Shown here piece after piece: positions 27,164 through 33,990 of a DNA stretch of 59,680 bases (positions are counted from its first letter, which is position 1; each line of letters starts with the position of its first letter). The stretch spans positions 1 through 59,680 of the IMG/VR virus record IMGVR_UViG_3300032011_000009; one strand, given 5' to 3'. This stretch comes from a virus (lineage: Duplodnaviria > Caudoviricetes). Made by a program: the position numbers and the translations under genes. The notes beneath the pieces were generated by a model, which did not search any database, was not told the origin of the DNA, and worked only from the letters and a program-made list of their open reading frames with translations.

Positions 27164-27555
27164 GGTTTATAGACTCCCATCGTCTTGTTGTCAATACTGT
27201 AAAATACGCGCTTGACGCCTACATGTCTGAGGACTGCAGCGCACATGTCGCAAGGTTTGGAAAGCCTAAGCTCTCCGCCCTTACCGATGCGGCAGACGTA
27301 CATTGTAGCGCCCATTGTTTTCTTGCGGTCTAGACCCAAGACGCACCCGAGTTCTGCATGGTGCGTGGCATGACCGCAGTTTCGCTGGCGAAAGCGATTC
27401 CCGAAAGAAGCATGTCTGTTCTTGTTTGTGGAAAGTCCAATAATGTTGGAGCCTCGCAGCAAGAGTGCGCCGTGGCGATAATCTTCGTTACTGGAACTAT
27501 TTGCCATGCGAGCAGCTAGCACCATATATCTCTTGTGTCGTCCGGACAGCTTCAT
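27160..27555 (-). CDS. Zinc-dependent cytidine/dCMP deaminase-fold protein
   Basis: HAE and SKPCDMC zinc-binding motifs. Confidence 0.85.
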   Translation of the reverse strand: MKLSGRHKRYMVLAARMANSSSNEDYRHGALLLRGSNIIGLSTNKNRHASFGNRFRQRNCGHATHHAELGCVLGLDRKKTMGATMYVCRIGKGGELRLSKPCDMCAAVLRHVGVKRVFYSIDNKTMGVYKP

Positions 27556-27572
27556 ACTTTAATAAAAGGGAT

Positions 27573-27604
27573 GCCTTCAGGAAGAGATTACCCTTCCTGA
27601 AGGC
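27573..27604 (-). terminator. 12-bp hairpin, probable intrinsic terminator
   Basis: GCCTTCAGGAAG/CTTCCTGAAGGC with an 8-nt loop, followed on the minus strand by ATCCCTTTT. Confidence 0.6.
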
Positions 27605-27617
27605 TTAGTTTTGTCAC

Positions 27618-27968
27618 CTATCGGCGACGTTGGTTTTGTGCTCGGGCACGACGGGGTGTCGTACGCTGCCAGTGACCGGGTACCCATCGGCGATGCCGAC
27701 GTTGACCAACCCAGTGACCGGGAACCCAATTTGCATTTGCATGCGGGCGGGCAACAGGACGGTCGGGACCGAAATCTCGACCATGAGTTGGGTGTGACCA
27801 GTGAGCACGGTAGACGCGAGTGGCGGGAACCCACACCCAAGTAACAGACACAGCAGGCGAACCTACGGTGACAGTTGCGCGGGTGTTTGGACGATGCCGA
27901 TTGTGCGCGTCTGCGGTTTGTGGTACTGCAAGAGCAGCAGCCACGACGATTGTGATAAGGAATTTCAT
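27618..27968 (-). CDS. Secreted WxxGxW-repeat protein
   Basis: Signal peptide (…TADA) and repeats WVWVP..RAHW, WVPGHW, WVPGHW; AAGGAG RBS. Confidence 0.75.
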   Translation of the reverse strand: MKFLITIVVAAALAVPQTADAHNRHRPNTRATVTVGSPAVSVTWVWVPATRVYRAHWSHPTHGRDFGPDRPVARPHANANWVPGHWVGQRRHRRWVPGHWQRTTPRRARAQNQRRR

Positions 27969-28025
27969 ATTATTTCTCCTTTCCTTCTTTGTTGTTCACT
28001 ATGTTAGACGTATGAGGGCTAAGTT

Positions 28026-29162
28026 TTATTCATTCTTTTCCTCACTTTCTTCATAAAAATCTGCAGCCTCTCCGATCCGCTTGTCGAACTTCATGATGAC
28101 TTCATCATCCATGACCTCCATAACGGTCTTGCGGAACACTGGATCCTGCAGGCGCTCTGTCCACTTAGAGGCTTGGAACTTGGTCCCAACAGGCTCACCA
28201 TCCTTGTCAAGCAGCGAGAACCATGCCCCGGAACGAGCGAGTCGCGTCGAGGCGTGGATGGCGTCAAACCAACTCTCCTCATCTTGGACACCAATGGCGT
28301 CACCCCAGAGGATCTTAAAGTTGCACTGGCGACCTTGGGTACCAAAGCGGGACTTCTCCAGCTTGACCTTGACCTCGGAACCAATGCGGAAGCCCTTATC
28401 ATCTGTGATGAAGCTTGCCTTAGCCTTGCGACCGGTGAGCCAGATACGCAACGAGTACGCATAGATCATAGCCTTGCCGCCGGGAGTCATGTACGGAGTC
28501 GTCATAGCCTCGGACGGTGAGCGCGTGATGTTGGTCTTAAGCTGGTTAAGAACAAGGAACGTGCATTGCGAGTTGGCGATAGGCACAGTCAGCTTGGACA
28601 TACCCTTTGCCAGAATGCGAGCCTTCACTGCCATAGACGACAGCGGATTGAAATCTCCCTCAACATCTGAAACAGATGGAGTGAGAGCAAGCGAATCCCA
28701 CACGAACAGCATGCGGTTGTCATTTGATCCCAACAGTTCTTCGATAGTCTCCAGCACAAACTCAACTGAGGTTGCCTGAACATACAAAAGGTTATTAAGA
28801 TCGCAGCCTGCACGCTCAAGGAATGTTGGGTCAATAGCAGACTCGCTATCAAAATAGATAACGTCCATGCCCATCTTCTGAGCATTGGCTGCTACCTGTG
28901 CTGCCATGTAACTCTTACCGGTGGCTTCAAGACCAGCGATCTCGACCACCTTACCGACAGGGATACCAGCCAGTCGCCCACGGCATGTAATAGAATCAAG
29001 CCAGCGGGAGCCAGTAGGAATCCAGTCCTTCACCTCCGTTGGATTATCTTCCTTAAGATCGTGTGCTACGTTCTGACCAGCCTTCTTGTTGATTAGATCG
29101 CGCATCTCTGTGACAGAGAGCTTGCCAGCCCCATTGGATTTCTTAGTTCGTGCCATTCTCAA
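28026..29162 (-). CDS. recA: RecA/UvsX recombinase
   Basis: IPTGS, GLEATGKS (Walker A), DSESA, VWDSLA, NQLK, TPGGKA and SLRI. Confidence 0.95.
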   Translation of the reverse strand: MRMARTKKSNGAGKLSVTEMRDLINKKAGQNVAHDLKEDNPTEVKDWIPTGSRWLDSITCRGRLAGIPVGKVVEIAGLEATGKSYMAAQVAANAQKMGMDVIYFDSESAIDPTFLERAGCDLNNLLYVQATSVEFVLETIEELLGSNDNRMLFVWDSLALTPSVSDVEGDFNPLSSMAVKARILAKGMSKLTVPIANSQCTFLVLNQLKTNITRSPSEAMTTPYMTPGGKAMIYAYSLRIWLTGRKAKASFITDDKGFRIGSEVKVKLEKSRFGTQGRQCNFKILWGDAIGVQDEESWFDAIHASTRLARSGAWFSLLDKDGEPVGTKFQASKWTERLQDPVFRKTVMEVMDDEVIMKFDKRIGEAADFYEESEEKNE

Positions 29163-29189
29163 TTTATTCTCCTGAGTGAAATGTTGGGT

Positions 29190-30290
29190 TTATTCAAAAG
29201 AGATTTCGATCTCTGATAGTGTCTTCATTATAACACTTCTGATGTTGTTTGTAAACCAGTTTTTTGTATAGTTTTTGAAGTTGATCCACCATTTAGAGAT
29301 AAGACCACTCAACTTGTCTCTTGCACCGGCAAGGAAGTCAGATAGCATGCCCTCCTCTAGAGGGTCTGTGTCTTCTTCGTCTGCGAGTTGGATAGCAGCA
29401 GTTTTTGAAGCAGACGCAACATCAAAGCGAAAAGCTGCTGATGTGATGCCTGACCGAGACTTAGCACGGACTTGAATCTTTGTGACTTGCATGGTCTTCA
29501 TGATATAAGCCTGATCAAGAGGACCATAATAAGTGGGGGTCATGATATAATCTGCGGTTGCCAAATCGTCGGCACCAAATGCACGCTTGCCAGTCATCGC
29601 TTCTTCAATAAGCCGATATTTAAACTCCTGACTGCCATCAAGATATGAAACCATATCACTAATGATTGATTGCTTATTCTGGGCTTCCCAGACCTTCCAA
29701 TTGTTTTCGTCAAGCAGCTTTCCATCCGCCATCATTTGAAGCGCTTGGCGGGGTCGCCTTGCCATGGCTTTCCCCAGATTCTTAGGATCAATCATCTTAG
29801 TTGGCGTATTCTCAATCCGGTCGATAATGTCAAGCAAAACGTCTTGCTTCAAATCTTCTCTAAACTCAGGATCTGCCAGCAGTTCGTCCATCACTGTCCT
29901 AAACATTAAGGCTGTATTTCTGCCCTCCGCAGAAGATAGTTGAATGCCGCCTTCCATCTTCACGGACACGCGATGGGAGCCGAACATCAAATCAGTCTTG
30001 GGCTCAGGATTTCCAGCAATACCCTGTTCGTCTGAATGGTATGCTTCGCCGATTGGGGCACCTGCAGCCATAGCAGCCTCAACAGCAGAAATCGCCGCGT
30101 CCCTCATTTCGCCCTCGCCGTAGTTTCTAAGCTCTGGGCGTCTTTCAACTCTCATCTGGAGTTCGTCTTCTCTTCCGGACATTTTAAGCGCCCAATATAC
30201 AATAGCCCACTCTAACTGCACACCCCTACCAGAGCCGGCACCTTCGCGCAAGTGACTGCGCCATCCTTCCATAATCGGTTTCATTGTCAT
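29190..30290 (-). CDS. PD-(D/E)XK-like nuclease-fold protein (start revised to ATG 30290)
   Basis: PKTDLMF...RVSVK; TAATG coupling to the MTase stop; N-terminus MKPIMEGWRSHLREG; ACTAATTA 7 nt upstream. Confidence 0.65.
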   Translation of the reverse strand: MTMKPIMEGWRSHLREGAGSGRGVQLEWAIVYWALKMSGREDELQMRVERRPELRNYGEGEMRDAAISAVEAAMAAGAPIGEAYHSDEQGIAGNPEPKTDLMFGSHRVSVKMEGGIQLSSAEGRNTALMFRTVMDELLADPEFREDLKQDVLLDIIDRIENTPTKMIDPKNLGKAMARRPRQALQMMADGKLLDENNWKVWEAQNKQSIISDMVSYLDGSQEFKYRLIEEAMTGKRAFGADDLATADYIMTPTYYGPLDQAYIMKTMQVTKIQVRAKSRSGITSAAFRFDVASASKTAAIQLADEEDTDPLEEGMLSDFLAGARDKLSGLISKWWINFKNYTKNWFTNNIRSVIMKTLSEIEISFE

Positions 30291-31135
30291 TACCCTATAA
30301 TTAGTAGTTCGGATGAGGAACCCATTGTTTTTTTGCCGACGCATTTGCCATCGACCCACTCAACATTCTTCATGCCGTATGCCCACTCAGCAGTAACGAT
30401 CTTGCGATTAGAATACAGGTCACGGACCTCTGGGCAATCATTGTATGACATGACCCAATCGGATCTGTCGGAAATCAAGTTATAAAGCGCCATATGGTCA
30501 AATCCCGCGTGAAGCCCCCCAGCTTGCCCGTAGAGCATCGCTGCGTCATCGGGCAGGAGGTAGGGCGGGTCAAGGTACAGGAAGGCTCTGGGGTGCCATG
30601 GGAGGCTCGTCTGGAAGTCTGCGTAGTCTACCCTGAAATTCTCGGCGTTAAACCTACGCAATCGGTCGATAGACGACTGAGTGAATCGAGCGTATGATGC
30701 TCGCTTGGACCAGCCACCAGAAAAGGTAGCGCCTGAGAAGCTAGAGCGATTGATCACGTAGAACTTTGCTGCCTTCTCGTATGAAAACTTGAATGATGGA
30801 TCTCGTAGATCTTCGCGAAGTTTAATAAAGTCTTCTTTGGAACATCCTTCTACAAGTTTAGTAATGCCCTTCTCTTCGATCTCATACTCCGTGCGCAGAG
30901 CGGCGACCTCATCAGCCAGCCTCTTATTGTCTGCACACAACGCTTGCCAAAACCAAACAAGAGGCACCAGCTTATCATAGCCAATAACCTCTGTACCTCT
31001 CGACGCTACCGCCAACTCAACCGAACCGCCACCAAAGAATGGTGAACACAGACGCGGAACGTCTTCGGGAATGTACGGCAAGATGTGCTTCACTGCACGC
31101 GATTTGCCGCCGGGATAACGAAGAGGCGTTTTCAT
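30290..31135 (-). CDS. dam: DNA adenine methyltransferase (D12/Dam class)
   Basis: LRYPGGKS, PFFGGGSV and YLDPPY motifs. Confidence 0.92.
   Translation of the reverse strand: MKTPLRYPGGKSRAVKHILPYIPEDVPRLCSPFFGGGSVELAVASRGTEVIGYDKLVPLVWFWQALCADNKRLADEVAALRTEYEIEEKGITKLVEGCSKEDFIKLREDLRDPSFKFSYEKAAKFYVINRSSFSGATFSGGWSKRASYARFTQSSIDRLRRFNAENFRVDYADFQTSLPWHPRAFLYLDPPYLLPDDAAMLYGQAGGLHAGFDHMALYNLISDRSDWVMSYNDCPEVRDLYSNRKIVTAEWAYGMKNVEWVDGKCVGKKTMGSSSELLIIG
30298..30305 (-). promoter_or_regulatory. Putative late-promoter motif ACTAATTA
   Basis: Within the last codons of the MTase, 7 nt before the ATG at 30290. Confidence 0.55.
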
Positions 31136-31158
31136 TTAAACTCTGGAAGGAGGAAGAC

Positions 31159-31186
31159 GGCAGACTTTTAACCGGTCTGCCAGCGG
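31159..31186 (-). repeat. Pseudoknot-like element copy 1
   Basis: Minus strand CCG-CT-GGCAGAC-CGG-TTAAAA-GTCTGCC. Confidence 0.75.
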
Positions 31187-31192
31187 CTTTGA

Positions 31193-31477
31193 CTACTCCG
31201 TGGTAGTCCCGGTGGTGGATGCATCCGTAGCCGCACCGACCTCGCCCCCTTCAGTCGCTGTCGTTCCCTCAGTTGTCGTAGTGGGGGTAACAGCCGTAGA
31301 AGGCGTGTTTGTTACATTAGTGGTTGTGTCACTAACAGTGATGGTCGCCGCCGTTGTTTCGGTAGCGTCGGTATCATCGCCGCTCATGACTTGCCAGCCA
31401 CCAATGGCAGCACCAACAACGATAGCCGCAATCACACCTTGAATTCTCCTGTCGGAGAAAGAAAAAAGATTAGCCAT
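31193..31477 (-). CDS. Membrane-anchored Thr-rich protein (start revised to ATG 31477)
   Basis: MANLFS..., TM helix GVIAAIVVGAAIGGW, then a Thr/Asp/Glu low-complexity tail. The ORF-track extension is the shadow of the upstream lipoprotein. Confidence 0.7.
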   Translation of the reverse strand: MANLFSFSDRRIQGVIAAIVVGAAIGGWQVMSGDDTDATETTAATITVSDTTTNVTNTPSTAVTPTTTTEGTTATEGGEVGAATDASTTGTTTE

Positions 31478-31478
31478 A

Positions 31479-31598
31479 TTACTCTGCTGCCTCGCTGCCT
31501 GTGTCTTCAACCGCTGTGTCTTCAGCGGCTGTGTCTTCGTCCTTATCCCCGCACGCAAACATTAGCGCGAGAGGGAGAACGCAAATAAAATTCTTCAT
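31479..31598 (-). CDS. 39-aa acidic lipoprotein (missed by the ORF track)
   Basis: AGAGGAG RBS; MKNFICVLPLALMFA-C-GDKDEDTAAEDTAVEDTGSEAAE*; lipobox-like MFAC; three 15-nt-period GAAGACACAG repeats. Confidence 0.8.
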   Translation of the reverse strand: MKNFICVLPLALMFACGDKDEDTAAEDTAVEDTGSEAAE

Positions 31599-31623
31599 TT
31601 TGTCTCCTCTATAATGAAAAAAT

Positions 31624-31687
31624 GGCAGACTTTTGACCGGTCTGCCAGCGGAAAAATGGTGGCAGACTTTAACCGGTCTGCCAGCGG
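31624..31687 (-). repeat. Pseudoknot-like element copies 2 and 3 (tandem)
   Basis: 31661-31687 CCGCTGGCAGACCGGTTAAAGTCTGCC and 31624-31651 CCGCTGGCAGACCGGTCAAAAGTCTGCC, 9 nt apart. Confidence 0.78.
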
Positions 31688-31694
31688 ATACTAT

Positions 31695-31907
31695 CTACTT
31701 CTTCTGAACAAACGCATAAAGCTTTTCAGCCTCTGTGATCACTTCTTCTGCAGTGTAAGGTGCAATCGGCTTGCGCTGATATGCCTTATCATTGTCTGCT
31801 TGAAAATGCTCATTTTGTTCTTGGCGAGCAATTCTGTCGGACACAATGCCCGATGCCATTCCCAACATATCTGCGCGGAGTTGGTAGCCGCTTTTATTTT
31901 CACTCAT
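31695..31907 (-). CDS. Small conserved-looking phage protein
   Basis: 70 aa, Y.LR.D.L.MA...EEVITEAEKLYAFV; CA-rich leader with AGGAG RBS. Confidence 0.75.
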   Translation of the reverse strand: MSENKSGYQLRADMLGMASGIVSDRIARQEQNEHFQADNDKAYQRKPIAPYTAEEVITEAEKLYAFVQKK

Positions 31908-31931
31908 GTTTTCTCCTGTGTGTGTGAGTGT

Positions 31932-32000
31932 GAGATACTAAATCCGGTATCTCGTCGGAAAATGGGTGAGGCACCTGATAACCCTGTGCCTCCCTGTGGG
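31932..32000 (-). repeat. Pseudoknot-like element copies 4 and 5 (tandem, sequence-diverged)
   Basis: 31932-31958 CCG-AC-GAGATAC-CGG-ATTTA-GTATCTC and 31968-32000 CCC-ACAGG-GAGGCAC-A-GGG-TTATCAG-GTGCCTC; same architecture with different stem sequences. Confidence 0.7.
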
Positions 32001-32012
32001 ATGGTTACATTA

Positions 32013-32786
32013 CTATGCGCCCATCAACTCATCAAAGGCGGCGTCAACCGGATCAGTCGTGGTGGTTGTCGGCGTGTACTTCTCAGTTTCACTGGATGAA
32101 GTCTCAGCACTTTGATCTCCCGACAGATACTCATCGAGCATGGCTTCCACTTGCGCGGTAGTCGTGCGCTCAAAGAGCGTGTCGAAATCGGGAATGTTGT
32201 CCAGAAGCTCTGCACAGCGCTCATCGCCTCCTACAGCCTCATCGCATAGGGGCGAGGAACGACGACGGGGTGTCAGCTTCGTCTGGGGAAACGTGGCTCC
32301 GGGTGGCTTACCATAGGTAAGTACCAAATCGGTGCCCGCTTCCGGGTCAGTAATGTCCCCATATTCTGGGTTCAGTACAAGGCTAAGCAAGGACTCGTAA
32401 GCCATCTTGCCGTAACCCCATGCACGAACACCTGAATCTTCTTCGCCACGTACGAGTACGGGACTAAAGAACCGCTGACGAGCGAAGAGACCCTTTGCCA
32501 TCTTCTTAGCCTCTGCGTCATCGTTTGCCGATCCTTCCTTCCAGAGTTGGGAGGCAAACTCACACACAGGGCACCCGTCACCGTAGTTGCGCTTGGGGCA
32601 CAAAAACCCACGGTTATTCCCCACATTATAGTGGAAGAAGAACTCGCGGAAGGGGTCGCCATCTTCGGTCGGAACAATGCGAATTGCTTGCTCGCCGTCG
32701 CTGGGACGCCAGAACTTGTTATCGCCGGAATCTTTATTTTGGAGAGCATCCAGCTTCGCTCTCATTTTGCTAAGGTCAATAGCCAT
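32013..32786 (-). CDS. T4 gp32-like single-stranded DNA-binding protein
   Basis: KFWRP, IRIVP, HY...CP...CPVC zinc motif, DITDPEAGTD and an acidic C-terminal tail (AFDELM). Confidence 0.88.
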   Translation of the reverse strand: MAIDLSKMRAKLDALQNKDSGDNKFWRPSDGEQAIRIVPTEDGDPFREFFFHYNVGNNRGFLCPKRNYGDGCPVCEFASQLWKEGSANDDAEAKKMAKGLFARQRFFSPVLVRGEEDSGVRAWGYGKMAYESLLSLVLNPEYGDITDPEAGTDLVLTYGKPPGATFPQTKLTPRRRSSPLCDEAVGGDERCAELLDNIPDFDTLFERTTTAQVEAMLDEYLSGDQSAETSSSETEKYTPTTTTTDPVDAAFDELMGA

Positions 32787-32815
32787 TTTGATTTTTTCCT
32801 TTTGTTGGTTATAGT

Positions 32816-32839
32816 CAAGATGATAAATCTCTCATCTTG
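32816..32839 (-). promoter_or_regulatory. 5'-leader hairpin of the SSB gene
   Basis: CAAGATGA/TCATCTTG 8-bp stem just after the predicted TSS, followed by an A-rich unstructured leader. Confidence 0.5.
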
Positions 32840-32847
32840 CTGTATAC

Positions 32848-32876
32848 AGTATAGCTTATTCTGAAGTCAAAGTCAA
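32848..32876 (-). promoter_or_regulatory. Sigma70-like promoter for the SSB operon
   Basis: TTGACT-N17-TATACT. Confidence 0.75.
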
Positions 32877-32879
32877 GTA

Positions 32880-33143
32880 CTATTTTGAACTTTCTTCAAA
32901 GGGGCTATCCACTTCGATCTCTGTCACGTCGCCGTCTGCTGTTTTCCAATTAAACATGCGGAAGGCATTCGTGTCCAAATCCCATACCAGTTCCATTCCC
33001 TCTGCGAGAGTGGACTTGCGACCGGTTCCCTTGATCTGAGAAGTGATAAACTTCTCGGGAATCTCAGTCATACGGACAAATCGCATGGTGCGCGAGTCTC
33101 CGTTCTTCTTAGTAAATGTGCCGTTATATGCTTTCATCAGCAT
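32880..33143 (-). CDS. Small SH3-like protein (WYL_2/DUF2693-like)
   Basis: FTKKNGDSRTM...VWDLDTNAFRMF pattern. Confidence 0.65.
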   Translation of the reverse strand: MLMKAYNGTFTKKNGDSRTMRFVRMTEIPEKFITSQIKGTGRKSTLAEGMELVWDLDTNAFRMFNWKTADGDVTEIEVDSPFEESSK

Positions 33144-33982
33144 TAGATCTCCTGTTGTATCTCTGATGTATTGGCTATTAGATAGCCAAAGTTGTTGGTG
33201 TAGTCAGTAGAGTGAATCCGTACCGAAACGATAGTTTCATCACCTACCATTTTTGCGCTACGTTCGCGCAAAGATGTAAATAGCTTGCCGTCTGTTTCAA
33301 GCTGTTTTTTATTGATAGCATAAATATAACACCTTTCGTTGATGGTGTCAAGGGGAAAAAACAACTTTTCTTCATTTTCTTCAATATCGACCACGCCGAA
33401 GGTTGAAACTCGGGCTGTCGCTAGCGAAGTTGCTGGTGTGTTGTAGACGGTCTTTGTGTTCAGGAAAACGTTTGTCATGTGGATCGTGTTGACGATTAAC
33501 TCATTCAAGCGTTCATAATACCCTATAACGGGCACATTGTCAAGTACTTCTTCTATCTTTTTGTTATCGACCAGATAAATCTTCTCAAAGATGCCAGACC
33601 TTGCGTATTCCTGCAACACATAATAAGCTGTGCGCTCATGCAGAAGCGCTTCCTTGCTCAGAAGGGTGCGATCTGGCTTGACATAAAGAATATTAATCTT
33701 GCATCTCTGGATTTGTTCTAGGATCTTTAATGTTGCCGCTGAAACCTTGCCTGCACCGCAGACGATGAACAGCACTTCCTCATCTTTCTTTAGCGCCTTG
33801 AAGAACGTCTTAAGATTTAGCGGATCGCTCTCATAGCCCTCTACATTGACAGACTCAGGAATAGGATAGCAGCCTTTGCCCTTTGCCAGTCCAACATCAA
33901 GCTTATAAATATTGTATTGTGGATACTGCGCAAACCCGTCTGCGATGTTGCATCCGGCAGCGCCCAAACCGATGATATTCAT
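33143..33982 (-). CDS. Divergent tubulin/FtsZ-family protein
   Basis: IIGLGAAGCNI (T1 loop), degenerate T4 loop GAGKVSAA, LVDN and Y..LN. Confidence 0.7.
   Translation of the reverse strand: MNIIGLGAAGCNIADGFAQYPQYNIYKLDVGLAKGKGCYPIPESVNVEGYESDPLNLKTFFKALKKDEEVLFIVCGAGKVSAATLKILEQIQRCKINILYVKPDRTLLSKEALLHERTAYYVLQEYARSGIFEKIYLVDNKKIEEVLDNVPVIGYYERLNELIVNTIHMTNVFLNTKTVYNTPATSLATARVSTFGVVDIEENEEKLFFPLDTINERCYIYAINKKQLETDGKLFTSLRERSAKMVGDETIVSVRIHSTDYTNNFGYLIANTSEIQQEI
33323..33351 (-). promoter_or_regulatory. Gene-internal sigma70-like promoter
   Basis: TTGACA-N17-TATATT with a TG extension, inside the tubulin-like CDS. Confidence 0.55.
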
Positions 33983-33990
33983 TTTTCACC

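Noticed and set aside
17057-29162. Inteins or introns in DnaE, RNR, helicase and RecA
   Set aside because: Lengths are ordinary, the catalytic motifs are contiguous, and I saw no intein splice junctions or homing-endonuclease motifs.
31478-31558. N-terminal extension of ORF 31193..31558 (KTQPLKTQRLKTQ repeats)
   Set aside because: It is an out-of-frame reading of the lipoprotein EDT repeats; the lipoprotein frame has the RBS and signal peptide.
31159-31687. Three near-identical 27-28-nt palindromic repeats as a CRISPR array
   Set aside because: The gaps are 9 nt and about 437 nt (the latter holds two genes), there are no spacer-sized units and no cas genes in the window.
31159-32000. The same elements as plain intrinsic terminators
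   Set aside because: Only copy 2 has an adjacent U-tract, and the conserved 5' CCG/CCC matching the loop is not explained by termination. Partial terminator activity is not excluded.
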